DNA of 60,708 nucleotides from IMG/VR virus record IMGVR_UViG_3300042465_002807, positions 1 through 60,708 of that record. One strand, given 5' to 3'. A program made the translations under genes and the position numbers. Below are positions 1 through 10,341 of this stretch, piece by piece. Origin of the DNA: a virus (lineage: Duplodnaviria; Caudoviricetes). Every line of letters begins with the position of its first letter. Position 1 is the first letter of the stretch. The notes beneath the pieces were generated by a model. The model saw nothing but the letters and a program-made list of their open reading frames with translations. It had not been told where the DNA came from and searched no databases.

Positions 1-20
1 GAAAGCAAAAGTAATAGATC

Positions 21-1664
21 ATGAGTGAGGAATCCTCGTACCACGGTAATATTAACTTAAAGCCGATTGGTCATAAACACAACTTTACAATAGAGCAACT
101 GGCAGAAATTGAAAAGTGCCAGGAAGACCCTATTTACTTCATTGAAAATTACTGTATGATTGTTACGCTGGACTATGGTCTCCAGTTATTCAAGTTATAC
201 GATTGTCAGAAGGAAAAAGTTCTTCACATTCTTGGAAATCGTAAAGCAATTCTGATGGAAGGTCGCCAGCAGGGTAAGACCATTACTTCGGCTGCTTGCA
301 TTTTGTGGTATACACTCTTTCAAGATTCTAAAACAGTTGCTATCATGGCCAACAAGACAGCCGCGGCACGTGAAGTTATGGCTCGTTATCAGGGCATGTA
401 TGAGAACTTGCCGCTATGGATGCAACAAGGCGTTAAGACATGGAACAAGGGTGACGTAGAGCTAGAGAACGGCTCTAAGATTTTCACCGCTGCTACGACC
501 GCATCTGGTATTCGTGGTAAGTCTGTTAACTGGCTATACATTGACGAAGCAGCGATTATTCCAAACACCGTGGCGGAGCAATTCTTTGCTTCTGTTTATC
601 CTACCATTTCGGCTGGTCAGACAACAAAGATTCTTCTGACTTCTACTCCACTCGGCTACAATCACTTCTGGAAATTCTGGAACGAGGCTGAAAAAGGAAA
701 TAACGGCTTTGTGCCGATGTTCATTCCTTACCACAGAATTCCTGGTAGAGACGAAGCATGGGCAGAAGAACAACTACGCTTACTTGGAGAACTAAAGTTC
801 AACCAAGAAGTTCTTTGTGAGTTTCTTGGTTCAAGTAATACGCTTATTAATGCCAAGACGCTAGGTTCTATGAGTTCTATCGACCCAATTCATGCAAAAG
901 ATGGATTGGATATTTTCGAAGAACCCATCGACGGCCACATCTACGCAATGGGTGTAGATACAGCCAGAGGTGTAGGCGGAGACTACTCTGCTTTCACAGT
1001 TTTGGATGTTACAGAAGCGCCATATAGATTGGTGGCTAAGTATCGTGATAATAAAATTGCTCCGATGTTGTTTCCAAACATCGTAGCTAAAGTTGGTACA
1101 GACTACAACAAGGCGTATATTCTTGTTGAAATCAATGATATCGGTCAACAAGTGGCTGATATTCTACACATGGAGTTAGAGTATGATAATATTCTGACTA
1201 CCGTAAAGACAGCATTGAAACAATATCTATCACCTGGCTTTGGCACAAAGACCCAACGCGGTGTTAGAATGACTAAGCAAGTAAAGAGACAGGGTTGTTT
1301 TGCTCTCAAATCTCTACTTGAAGAACAAAAATTATTAGTATTTGATGCTGAAACTATTTCCGAGTTCTCTACATTCATTGAAAAGCAGGGTTCTTGGCAA
1401 GCAGATGAAGGTTACTTTGATGACCTCGTAATGAGTCTGGTTCTACTTGCTTGGATGACAAGCAATCCATACTTCAAAGATATGACGAATGTTGATATCA
1501 GAGAGAAGATGTATAAGGACCAGATGGATAGTATTGAAGATGAGTTAACTCCATTCGGTGAAATAAATAATGGTTCACAAGCAGATTATTTTGTGTCGAA
1601 TGGTGATTTATGGACAATAACTCAAGATGATGAGCCACCTGAACGTAAAAACTGGATGTTCTAA
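21..1664 (+). CDS. gp17: Terminase large subunit (T4 gp17-like)
   Basis: Walker A-like GRQQGKT, Walker B YIDEAA, LTSTPLG motif, RNase H-like GVD..G.G.DYS and DDLVMSL; directly upstream of the sheath gene. Confidence 0.97.
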   Translation: MSEESSYHGNINLKPIGHKHNFTIEQLAEIEKCQEDPIYFIENYCMIVTLDYGLQLFKLYDCQKEKVLHILGNRKAILMEGRQQGKTITSAACILWYTLFQDSKTVAIMANKTAAAREVMARYQGMYENLPLWMQQGVKTWNKGDVELENGSKIFTAATTASGIRGKSVNWLYIDEAAIIPNTVAEQFFASVYPTISAGQTTKILLTSTPLGYNHFWKFWNEAEKGNNGFVPMFIPYHRIPGRDEAWAEEQLRLLGELKFNQEVLCEFLGSSNTLINAKTLGSMSSIDPIHAKDGLDIFEEPIDGHIYAMGVDTARGVGGDYSAFTVLDVTEAPYRLVAKYRDNKIAPMLFPNIVAKVGTDYNKAYILVEINDIGQQVADILHMELEYDNILTTVKTALKQYLSPGFGTKTQRGVRMTKQVKRQGCFALKSLLEEQKLLVFDAETISEFSTFIEKQGSWQADEGYFDDLVMSLVLLAWMTSNPYFKDMTNVDIREKMYKDQMDSIEDELTPFGEINNGSQADYFVSNGDLWTITQDDEPPERKNWMF

Positions 1665-1682
1665 CTGTAACTTTTACATTTT

Positions 1683-1690
1683 TATAAATA
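1683..1690 (+). promoter_or_regulatory. T4-type late promoter (TATAAATA) for gp18
   Basis: Exact TATAAATA in the intergenic region before gp18; gp55 is encoded in the window. Confidence 0.85.
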
Positions 1691-1742
1691 AAAACATAAA
1701 ACGACAAGTTAATATTGTCAGGTTTACAACGAGGAGAAGAAT

Positions 1743-3425
1743 ATGGCTTTTCAATTATCGCCAGGAGTCCTAGTAACTGAGAAGGATCTAACAAACGTTA
1801 TTCCAGCCGTATCGACTTCGGCAGGCGCGTTTGTAGGTAATTTCAACTGGGGTCCTGTAGAAGAAATTTTTACCGTTGGTTCAGAAAATGAACTACGAAA
1901 GTATTTTGGTCTACCACTAAACAGCGTTGACTGGTTCACCGCAGCCAACTTCTTGGCATATGGTAACAACCTTCAGCTTGTTCGTGCAGTGGGTTCAGCC
2001 GCGAAGAATGCCACCGCTGAACGTAGCGGCGTTTTGATTACCAATCAAGACTCTTATGAAGCCACTTTTGCTGCCGGTGGCACCGCGAATGGTGAAGTAG
2101 CTGCTAAATACCCTGGTCTGTATGGTAATAGCCTTGCAGTTCAATATGCTGACGCCACTTCGTTCGCCGGCTGGGAATATGCTTCATACTTTGATGCTGC
2201 CCCTGGCACAAGTGCGCAAGCAGATGAAGTAGGCTGTTCGAATGACGAACTACACATTGTGGTTATCGATACACTTGGTCGTTTTTCTGGTGCACCTGGC
2301 ACAGTAGTTGAAAGATTTGCCTTCACTTCTAAGCAGTTTGGTAACAAACTAGCTGACGGAACAAACAATTACTACAAGGAAGTTCTCAACCAGCAATCAC
2401 AATATGTCTGGTGGATGAATCACCCTTCAGGCAGAAACTGGGGTGGCACTGCTGGAGTCGATTTTGACGGTACAGAAGCAGATGGACAAGCCACTGGCCA
2501 AGACCCACTAGTTATGGACTTAAATGGTGGTGCTAATGCTACACCGTCAACTGGTGATCTACAAGATGCTTACAGTCTGTTTGCAAACAAAGAAATTGTT
2601 GATATTTCACTTGTTCTAACCGGTGGTCACGCAGCCGCAGTAGTAAATCACGCTATCGACAGCGTGGCGTTAGCTCGTTTAGATTGCGTTGTGTTCCTAT
2701 CACCGCCTCTTGAGGCTGTATACAATAACGCAGGTAGCGAAGCAGCCGATATTGTAGCATATCGTCAAGAAGATATCAATCGCAACACTTCATACGCCGT
2801 TATGGACTCAGGTTGGAAGCGCCAATATGACCGTTACAACGATGCATATATCAATGTTCCTCTGAATGCTGATACTGCTGGTCTCTGTGCCCGCACTGAT
2901 CAGACGAACGATGCTTGGTGGTCACCCGCTGGCTTCAATCGCGGCCAGATCAAGAATGTTGTTAAGTTGGTTTGGGCTCCAAATCAAACAGAACGCGACA
3001 CACTTTACAAGAATGGTATTAACCCAGTAGCTACCTTCCCTGGTGAAGGCACACTACTTTACGGTGATAAGACGCTTCTTGCTAAACCAAGCGCATTCGA
3101 CCGTATCAACGTTCGTCGTCTATTCATTGTTCTTGAAAAGGCTATCGCAACTGCGGCTAAGTATCAACTCTTTGAGTTCAACGATGTCTTCACTCGCGCA
3201 CAGTTCCGTTCCATGGTTGAACCATTCCTACGTGACGTTCGTGGTCGTCGTGGTATCTTTGACTTCCGCGTTGTTTGCGACGAAACAAACAACACTGGTG
3301 AGGTTATTGACCGCAACGAATTCGTTGCTGACATCTACATCAAGCCAGCACGTTCGATCAACTTCATCTACCTGAACTTTGTTGCGGTTCGTACCTCAGT
3401 ATCGTTCACAGAAGTTGGCGCCTAA
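1743..3425 (+). CDS. gp18: Tail sheath protein (gp18)
   Basis: N-terminal LSPGV...E.DLT, WWSPAGFNRG, FDRINVRRLF, KPARSINFI motifs. Confidence 0.97.
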   Translation: MAFQLSPGVLVTEKDLTNVIPAVSTSAGAFVGNFNWGPVEEIFTVGSENELRKYFGLPLNSVDWFTAANFLAYGNNLQLVRAVGSAAKNATAERSGVLITNQDSYEATFAAGGTANGEVAAKYPGLYGNSLAVQYADATSFAGWEYASYFDAAPGTSAQADEVGCSNDELHIVVIDTLGRFSGAPGTVVERFAFTSKQFGNKLADGTNNYYKEVLNQQSQYVWWMNHPSGRNWGGTAGVDFDGTEADGQATGQDPLVMDLNGGANATPSTGDLQDAYSLFANKEIVDISLVLTGGHAAAVVNHAIDSVALARLDCVVFLSPPLEAVYNNAGSEAADIVAYRQEDINRNTSYAVMDSGWKRQYDRYNDAYINVPLNADTAGLCARTDQTNDAWWSPAGFNRGQIKNVVKLVWAPNQTERDTLYKNGINPVATFPGEGTLLYGDKTLLAKPSAFDRINVRRLFIVLEKAIATAAKYQLFEFNDVFTRAQFRSMVEPFLRDVRGRRGIFDFRVVCDETNNTGEVIDRNEFVADIYIKPARSINFIYLNFVAVRTSVSFTEVGA

Positions 3426-3458
3426 TAACCCGACTAAATAGAAATAGGAGATTTATAA

Positions 3459-3971
3459 ATGGATATTTCAAAGTTTAAGGGGTTACTAGGGGCTGGTGGT
3501 GCTAGACCAAACCAGTTTCGTGTTATTCTAACATTCCCAGGTTTCGTTGGTTCGGTTCCTGATACAGAATACTCACTGCTGGTTACTGGTGCAGCACTTC
3601 CTGCGTCAACAGTAAACCCAACAATCATTCAATACCGCGGTCGTGAAGTTAAGTTAGCTGGTGAGCGTATCTTTGATCCGTTCACAATCACAATCGTCAA
3701 CGATACTAACATGTCACTTCGTCGTCCATTCGAAGAGTGGATGAACGGCATGAATGACCTAGAAGCAAACACTGGCATTCTAAATCCAATTGATTATCAA
3801 GTGGATATGTCAGTAGAGCATCTAGATCGTAATGACGATCCGCTCATGACTTATGTTCTTTACAATGCTTTCCCGATTAACATGTCGGAAATTGGTCTAC
3901 AGTATGGTCAGAATGACGTAATTGAAGAGTTCACAGTAACCTTTAACTACTCACACTATCTGACTGCATAA
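3459..3971 (+). CDS. gp19: Tail tube protein (gp19)
   Basis: GGARPNQF, GREVKLAGERIFDP, IEEFTVTF; follows the sheath gene. Confidence 0.95.
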   Translation: MDISKFKGLLGAGGARPNQFRVILTFPGFVGSVPDTEYSLLVTGAALPASTVNPTIIQYRGREVKLAGERIFDPFTITIVNDTNMSLRRPFEEWMNGMNDLEANTGILNPIDYQVDMSVEHLDRNDDPLMTYVLYNAFPINMSEIGLQYGQNDVIEEFTVTFNYSHYLTA

Positions 3972-3994
3972 TTCCATCCAACTAGGATAATTTA

Positions 3995-5569
3995 ATGCAG
4001 ATATTTGGTTATAAAATTGAAAAGTCAACGGCGCCACAGACTGAGAAATCGTTTGTGGCGCCAACGGACGATGGTGGCGTAGAAACTATCAGAGCCGGTG
4101 GCTACTATGGTACATACATCGATATCGATGGTACCGCAAATAATGAAATAGAATTAATTCGTAAGTATCGTGACATTGCTATGATGGCAGATATCGATAC
4201 TGCTATTGACGATATCGTAAACGATTCTATCGCAAACCTGGATGATGAAGCTCCAGTAAAGATTGACCTTGATGAAGTAGATTTGTCAAAGAACATTAAG
4301 AAGATGGTTCAAGAAGAATTTGAACTACTACTTAATATGTTGGACTTCAATCTAAGAGCGCAAGATTACTTTAGACATTGGTATATCGACGGAAGACTTT
4401 TCTTTCATAAAGTCGTTGACACTGCCAATCTAAAGAAGGGTCTAGTAGATATTCGCTATATCGACCCAAGAAAAATCAAGAAGATGAGAGAGATCCTAAA
4501 AGAAAAGGATACAAAAACTGGCGTAGAGTTCATTAAAGACATTAAAGAATACTTTGTCTATAATGATAAAGGTCTAGTTCCAAACAAGACGTTCACGCCA
4601 TCCGCATCACTCACTTCTACAGCCGGTGCCACCATGCGCATCGAAAAGGATTCTATCTGCTTTGTTCCTTCTGGCTTGAAGGACATGGACAGAAACATGC
4701 CGCTATCTTATTTACACAAGGCTATCCGCCCAGCAAATCAGTTGCGTATGATGGAAAATGCCGCAGTCATCTATCGTATCACTAGAGCGCCAGAGCGCCG
4801 TGTATTCTACGTTGACGTTGGTAATCTTCCAAAGATTAAAGCCGAACAGTATCTCAAGGGTATTATGAACCAGTATCGTAATAAAGTTGTTTACGATTCT
4901 CAGACTGGTGAAATCCGCGATGATAAAAAGTTTATGTCAATGCTTGAAGATTTCTGGTTGCCTCGCCGCGAAGGTGGTAGAGGAACACAGATTGAAACTC
5001 TACCGGGTGGTCAGGGTCTAGGCGAAATGGGAGACATTGAATACTTCCAGCGCAAACTATATCAAGCGTTGAACGTTCCTATGTCAAGACTTGAACAGCA
5101 AACTGGCCTTAACTTTGGTCGTGCCGCTGAAATCAATAGAGACGAATGGAAGTTTACGAAGTTTATTTCTAAACTGCGCCGTCGTTTCACACTTCTATTT
5201 GATGATCTACTAAAGACACAACTCATTCTCAAAGGTATCATTACAGAAGCCGACTGGGAAAAGATGAAGTATGATATCAAGTATACTTTTGCAACAGATG
5301 CTTTCTATACAGAATCCAAAGAGCAACAAATTCTACAATCTAGAGTTGAGATTCTCCAAGGTGTTGCACCGTTTATCGGCACAATGTATAGTAAAGAATA
5401 CGTTCAAGAAAATATTCTTAAATTATCGGACGATGAAATTGAAGAGATTAAGAAACAGAATGATGCAAGTCCTCCTGAAGTTTCGCCGCCCGACTATTCA
5501 CCACTAGAAGGCGAACCACCAGCGGCGGTTCAACAACAAAATCAAGGACAAGATGATGGACAACAGTAA
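3995..5569 (+). CDS. gp20: Portal protein (gp20)
   Basis: YRITRAPERRVFYVDVGNLP, EDFWLPRREGGRGT motifs. Confidence 0.97.
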   Translation: MQIFGYKIEKSTAPQTEKSFVAPTDDGGVETIRAGGYYGTYIDIDGTANNEIELIRKYRDIAMMADIDTAIDDIVNDSIANLDDEAPVKIDLDEVDLSKNIKKMVQEEFELLLNMLDFNLRAQDYFRHWYIDGRLFFHKVVDTANLKKGLVDIRYIDPRKIKKMREILKEKDTKTGVEFIKDIKEYFVYNDKGLVPNKTFTPSASLTSTAGATMRIEKDSICFVPSGLKDMDRNMPLSYLHKAIRPANQLRMMENAAVIYRITRAPERRVFYVDVGNLPKIKAEQYLKGIMNQYRNKVVYDSQTGEIRDDKKFMSMLEDFWLPRREGGRGTQIETLPGGQGLGEMGDIEYFQRKLYQALNVPMSRLEQQTGLNFGRAAEINRDEWKFTKFISKLRRRFTLLFDDLLKTQLILKGIITEADWEKMKYDIKYTFATDAFYTESKEQQILQSRVEILQGVAPFIGTMYSKEYVQENILKLSDDEIEEIKKQNDASPPEVSPPDYSPLEGEPPAAVQQQNQGQDDGQQ

Positions 5570-5813
5570 CATTAGTGACTTAATAAATAACATTGAAAAC
5601 GGTACCTTTGCAGATGCCGAACAAGTTTTCAATGATATTATGGACCTTAAAGCAGGCGAACAATTAGATCAAATGCGTCAAGATATGGCAGCCGGAATTT
5701 ATAACGATACGCCGGAAGATAATGAAGTCGAAGATTTCGATCACTACGAAATCACCGATGAAAATGACCACGGCGATACAGAAGAAATAGAGGACACCGA
5801 TGAAGACCTATAA
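5553..5813 (+). CDS. Prohead core protein (gp67-like), acidic
   Basis: Small, very acidic ORF directly after the portal gene, the T4 gp67 position. Confidence 0.6.
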   Translation: MMDNSNISDLINNIENGTFADAEQVFNDIMDLKAGEQLDQMRQDMAAGIYNDTPEDNEVEDFDHYEITDENDHGDTEEIEDTDEDL

Positions 5814-6654
5814 GCAACTTCAAGAGCGCATCAACATGGCGAAAGCCAAGATGGGTGATGTCATCAAGGACTTCCAGGACTCCGATGCTCCTCAATTCAA
5901 GGGTAAGAGCGACGAGAAGCGCCGTGAAATGGCAATTGCCGCTAAGATGTCTGCCGAAGAAGTTGAAGAACTTGATGAGATTTCTTCTGATATGGCTCAT
6001 CGCTATCTGAAAGGAAAGCACGAAAGAGATTACGATACTAGCGCAGATGGCAAATCTAGCAAGTTAAAGAAGCCACAGTCTTTTCGCAAGATGAACAACG
6101 ATGTAAAAAGTTCTATGCGGGCTCTTCGAACAATCGAGAAGGCTAAGAAAGCCAATGAAGAAATCGAACAAACTGACGAAGAACTAAAGGGCAATCAACA
6201 CAAGATTGATGCCAATAAGAATGGTAAGGTTGACGGACACGATTTCAAACTTCTTCGTTCGAAGAAGAAAGTTGAAGAAGAAGTCGAGGAACTTGATGAG
6301 CTATCAAAAGCGACACTTGCTTCTTATGTAGGTAAGGCGGCGAAAGATTTTTCAAAGCGTAAACCAAAAATGGGTTATGACGGCCAACTAAAAAAGATGC
6401 AGAATCGTAGCGTCGGTGTAGGTCGCGCCCTAGATAAGGTATACAAAGAAGAAGTTGAAGAACAGATTGAAGAATCTGATGGTCTAAAGCCATTCATTGT
6501 GGTTCACGCCAAGCATGGTAAGTTCGAAACTCATGCTGGTTCTACATATGAGGCTGCAAAGAATGCTGCCGCTCATTGGAAAACTAAAAAGGGAACTTCT
6601 GGCATGGATGTGCATCGTGCGGACATCACGCATTCGACGCAGCATGTCGGTTAA
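5800..6654 (+). CDS. Putative internal head polyprotein (basic modules separated by acidic protease-site linkers)
   Basis: N-terminus MKTYKQLQE resembles the T4 internal-protein capsid-targeting sequence; repeated EEVEELDE / EQIEE linkers; located in the prohead operon. Confidence 0.6.
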   Translation: MKTYKQLQERINMAKAKMGDVIKDFQDSDAPQFKGKSDEKRREMAIAAKMSAEEVEELDEISSDMAHRYLKGKHERDYDTSADGKSSKLKKPQSFRKMNNDVKSSMRALRTIEKAKKANEEIEQTDEELKGNQHKIDANKNGKVDGHDFKLLRSKKKVEEEVEELDELSKATLASYVGKAAKDFSKRKPKMGYDGQLKKMQNRSVGVGRALDKVYKEEVEEQIEESDGLKPFIVVHAKHGKFETHAGSTYEAAKNAAAHWKTKKGTSGMDVHRADITHSTQHVG

Positions 6655-6673
6655 TAAGTAAAGGGAATAGTAA

Positions 6674-7051
6674 ATGGCGACTAAAGCGGTACTAAAGTTA
6701 ACACAGGTTCACGGTGTTGTGAAGGTGCGCGGCACTGGGTCTGCCGAAATCGCCCTTGCCACCGACCTAAAGAAATCAACTGAAACACAAAGTTCGCCTA
6801 AAGCGAACATTCGCACCATTCATTGGGCATTGTCAGTAGGTTCTACAGCAACAATTACTAGAAATAGTCAAGTGTTATATTATCTTTCTGGAACAGGCAA
6901 GATGGAATTCATGGGCTGGTCTGACAATGAAGAGAATGGTTCTAACATTGTAGTTGACTTCTCTTCTGGTACAGGTGCAGTAGTTCTAGAACTTGCTAAG
7001 ATTTCTGGCTATGGTCCACAGCAACATCAAAATCAAGGAGACCTAGGCTAA
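6674..7051 (+). CDS. Hypothetical protein in the prohead operon
   Basis: ORF with RBS, translationally coupled to gp21. Confidence 0.6.
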   Translation: MATKAVLKLTQVHGVVKVRGTGSAEIALATDLKKSTETQSSPKANIRTIHWALSVGSTATITRNSQVLYYLSGTGKMEFMGWSDNEENGSNIVVDFSSGTGAVVLELAKISGYGPQQHQNQGDLG

Positions 7052-7707
7052 TGAAACTTATTACCGAAGTCAACGACCAAGTTCGTTATATTACAGAAGA
7101 GAAAGCTGGAAAGAAATCTTTATACATTGAGGGTGTCTTTCTGCAATCAAATCTAAAGAACCGCAATGGACGTATGTATCCGGCTGAAATCATGGAGAAA
7201 GAGATTTCTCGCTACATGAAAGAAGCGGTCGAGAACAACAGAGCATTCGGTGAACTAGGACACCCAGATGGACCTTCTATCAATCTGGATCGTGTATCGC
7301 ATATCGTAACAGAACTTCGCCGCGATGGCGATAACTGGATCGGTAAAGCGAAACTGACTGAAACACCAATGGGCAATATCGCTCGTGGTCTAATCGAGTC
7401 TGGTGGTCAACTTGGCGTTTCGTCAAGAGGCCTCGGTACTTTGAAGGAAAACAGAGACGGCGTCCAAGTTGTGCAAGATGACTTTCATCTAGCAACAGCG
7501 GCCGACATCGTAGCCGATCCTTCTGCACCAGATGCCTTTGTTCGTGGCATCATGGAAAATAAAGAATGGGTAGTTGTGAATGGTGTTTGGACCGAACAGC
7601 ATTGCGATATGTCCAAGAAGTATATTAAGAAAGCAAGTAAGAAACAACTTGAAGAAGCAAAGATTCAAGTCTTTGAACGTTTCTTGCGCCATCTTTCTTC
7701 AAAGTAA
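7051..7707 (+). CDS. gp21: Prohead core protease (gp21)
   Basis: NRNGRMYP, GELGHP, GVSSRGLG (catalytic Ser), DIVADPSAPDAFV. Confidence 0.97.
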   Translation: MKLITEVNDQVRYITEEKAGKKSLYIEGVFLQSNLKNRNGRMYPAEIMEKEISRYMKEAVENNRAFGELGHPDGPSINLDRVSHIVTELRRDGDNWIGKAKLTETPMGNIARGLIESGGQLGVSSRGLGTLKENRDGVQVVQDDFHLATAADIVADPSAPDAFVRGIMENKEWVVVNGVWTEQHCDMSKKYIKKASKKQLEEAKIQVFERFLRHLSSK

Positions 7708-7713
7708 TATTTT

Positions 7714-7721
7714 TATAAATA
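7714..7721 (+). promoter_or_regulatory. Late promoter TATAAATA for gp22
   Basis: Exact consensus, intergenic. Confidence 0.85.
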
Positions 7722-7750
7722 AAGTATAAAAATCCATTTAGGAGACGCAA

Positions 7751-8908
7751 ATGAGTGTAGAAAACAAAATCAGAGAGTTGCTAACTAAAAAGCAACTATC
7801 CGAGGAAGTTCTAGATGAGAAGGTTGCAGGTGATGCAACTAACCCTAAGCAGGGTTCTTCCGAAGACGCACCAGCTGCTGGCAAACTAGGCGCTGCCGGT
7901 GGTAAGGATACATCTATCCCAGCTAAGGTTGCAGGTGATCAAACTCAACCTCGCCAAGGCGATTCACAAGACGCTACTATTTCTAGTGAGCGTGATGAAG
8001 AAACTGATAATCCAGGTGCTAAGGAAGCTGCTCCAGTTTCTAGCAACCAGGCTACAGTTTCACAGGGCGGCGCAGGCGCAGCACCTAACTTCACAACTCA
8101 TAGCGATCCAACTTCGGTTGTAAATATGGCATCGTCAAAGGGTAACGTTCATCAAGAAGAAACAGAAGAAGAGGGCGAAATGATTGACGAAGATTTCACT
8201 GCCGATCTTGCTACTCTCTTTGATGGTAACGAAGACCTATCAGAAGAATTCCGTGGTAAAGCATCGTCGCTATTTGAAGCGATGGTAACTGCCCGTGTAG
8301 CCAATCAAGTTCAAAACATCGAGGAAGGCCTCATCTCAGAAGCCGCAGAATTGATGGAAGAGTTCAAGGCTGACTTGACCGAGAAGGTCGATTCTTATCT
8401 TAGCTATGTAATTGAAAAGTGGGTTGAAGACAACGCACTTGCTGTTGAAAATGGTCTGCGCACAGATATCGCGGAATCGTTCATCAACGGCATGAAGAAC
8501 CTGTTCGCAGAACATTACATTGATGTTCCCGAAGAGAAATATGATGTGCTTGGTGAAATGCAAGCCCAACTAGAAGAAGTATCTGCTAAGTTGGACGAGG
8601 CAATTGCTGCAAATGTAGAACTGCACAATAACAATGTAGACCTTATGAAGGAAGGCGTTTTCGCCGTCGTTGCTGAGGATCTTGCTAAGACCGATGCTGA
8701 AAAGTTCAAGTCGTTGGTTGCTGATGTAGAATTCGAGAACGCAGACATCTTTGAAGAAAAACTAAATGTCATCAAGGAAAATTATTTCCCAGCTTCTAAG
8801 TCAACCATTGTGGAAGACAAGCTAGAAGACGAAGGCGTTGAAGTTTTAGACGAATCGACAGTCAGTAAGTATGTCCAAGCACTGGATAAGATTGCTGCTC
8901 AAAAGTAA
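7751..8908 (+). CDS. gp22: Prohead scaffolding protein (gp22)
   Basis: LSEEF..KA..LFEA, YLSYVIEKW..DN..A, LFAEHYIDVPEEKYDV; lies between gp21 and gp23. Confidence 0.92.
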   Translation: MSVENKIRELLTKKQLSEEVLDEKVAGDATNPKQGSSEDAPAAGKLGAAGGKDTSIPAKVAGDQTQPRQGDSQDATISSERDEETDNPGAKEAAPVSSNQATVSQGGAGAAPNFTTHSDPTSVVNMASSKGNVHQEETEEEGEMIDEDFTADLATLFDGNEDLSEEFRGKASSLFEAMVTARVANQVQNIEEGLISEAAELMEEFKADLTEKVDSYLSYVIEKWVEDNALAVENGLRTDIAESFINGMKNLFAEHYIDVPEEKYDVLGEMQAQLEEVSAKLDEAIAANVELHNNNVDLMKEGVFAVVAEDLAKTDAEKFKSLVADVEFENADIFEEKLNVIKENYFPASKSTIVEDKLEDEGVEVLDESTVSKYVQALDKIAAQK

Positions 8909-8913
8909 TTTTT

Positions 8914-8921
8914 TATAAATA
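8914..8921 (+). promoter_or_regulatory. Late promoter TATAAATA for gp23
   Basis: Exact consensus, intergenic. Confidence 0.85.
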
Positions 8922-8951
8922 AAAGATATTGACACACAAGGAGAAAACTAA

Positions 8952-10247
8952 ATGTTTCTTTCAGAACAACTACAGAAGAAGTGGGAACCTGTTCTCAATC
9001 ACGACGGTCTCGGCGCGATTAAGGACAACTACCGTCGTGCAGTTACAGCCGTCGTTCTTGAAAACCAAGAAAAGGCTCTACGCGAAGAAAAGTCTGCACT
9101 TTTCGAAGACGCACCAGTAAATAACATTGCTGGTTCGGGTGCATCGAACATCGACCGTTATGATCCAATCCTCATCTCGCTCGTTCGTCGTTCACTTCCT
9201 AACCTAATGGCATATGACGTTGCTGGCGTTCAGCCAATGACTGGCCCAACTGGCTTGATCTTCGCAATGAAGTCAAACTACAGCGCACAAAACGGCGCAG
9301 AAGCTCTCTTCAACGAAGCAGATACCGACTTCTCGGGTGACGCAAACGGCGCAACTCATGAAGGTTCAAACCCAGTTGATGGTACTTACACAACTGGTGT
9401 TGCTATGCCAACATCAACCGCAGAAGCTCTTGGCACCGATGGTGGCGAAGCATTCGGCGAAATGGCATTCAGCATCGAAAAGACAACTGTAACTGCCAAG
9501 ACCCGTGCGCTTAAGGCTGAATACACAGTTGAACTGGCACAGGATCTTAAGGCTATCCACGGTCTTGATGCTGAATCAGAACTTTCGAATATTCTTTCGC
9601 AAGAAATTCTAAACGAAATCAACCGCGAAGTTATCCGCACAATCTACAAGGTTGCTAAGACTGGTGCTGCTTCAACAGCTACACCTGGTACTTTCGACCT
9701 TGACGTTGACTCGAACGGTCGTTGGAGCGTTGAGCGTTTCAAGGGTCTTCTGTTCAACATCGAACGTGACGCTAACGTAATCGCACAAGATACCCGTCGT
9801 GGTAAGGGTAACTTCATCATCTGTTCGTCAGACGTTGCCGCTGCTCTTGCAATGGCAGGTGTTCTAGACACAGGTCGCGCACTTCAAGGTTCGCCTTCGC
9901 TTGACGTTGATGATACTGGCAACACATTTGTTGGTACAATCAGCGGTAAGAAGGTTTACGTTGATCCTTACTCAGCTAACACAGGCGCTGCTAGCCAGTT
10001 CTACGTTGTTGGTTATAAGGGCGCTACAGCATATGATGCTGGTCTCTTCTATTGCCCATACGTTCCACTACAAATGGTTCGTGCAATCGACCCTAACAGC
10101 TTCCAGCCAAAGATTGGCTTCAAGACACGTTACGGCATGATCGCTAACCCATACGTAACACAGTCGAACGGCACAACTGACGGTGATACATTCACTGCCA
10201 ACCGCAACCAATACTATCGTCGCGTCAAGGTTACTAACCTTATGTAA
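8952..10247 (+). CDS. gp23: Major capsid protein (gp23)
   Basis: GVQPMTGPTGLIFAM, RALKAEYTVELAQDLKAIHGLDAE, FQPKIGFKTRYG. Confidence 0.98.
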   Translation: MFLSEQLQKKWEPVLNHDGLGAIKDNYRRAVTAVVLENQEKALREEKSALFEDAPVNNIAGSGASNIDRYDPILISLVRRSLPNLMAYDVAGVQPMTGPTGLIFAMKSNYSAQNGAEALFNEADTDFSGDANGATHEGSNPVDGTYTTGVAMPTSTAEALGTDGGEAFGEMAFSIEKTTVTAKTRALKAEYTVELAQDLKAIHGLDAESELSNILSQEILNEINREVIRTIYKVAKTGAASTATPGTFDLDVDSNGRWSVERFKGLLFNIERDANVIAQDTRRGKGNFIICSSDVAAALAMAGVLDTGRALQGSPSLDVDDTGNTFVGTISGKKVYVDPYSANTGAASQFYVVGYKGATAYDAGLFYCPYVPLQMVRAIDPNSFQPKIGFKTRYGMIANPYVTQSNGTTDGDTFTANRNQYYRRVKVTNLM

Positions 10248-10285
10248 TCGATACCTTCCCATTAGAGGAAGGGTTGCAAGAAACT

Positions 10286-10314
10286 GGGGGGAGCAGAAAT
10301 GCTCTCCCCTTTTT
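10286..10314 (+). terminator. Rho-independent terminator after gp23
   Basis: GGGGGGAGCA-GAAA-TGCTCTCCCC hairpin followed by a T run; a second hairpin (about 10253-10274) precedes it. Confidence 0.85.
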
Positions 10315-10317
10315 CGT

Positions 10318-10325
10318 TATAAATA
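10318..10325 (+). promoter_or_regulatory. Late promoter TATAAATA for gp3
   Basis: Exact consensus immediately after the terminator. Confidence 0.8.
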
Positions 10326-10341
10326 ATAGACGGAGAAAGAT

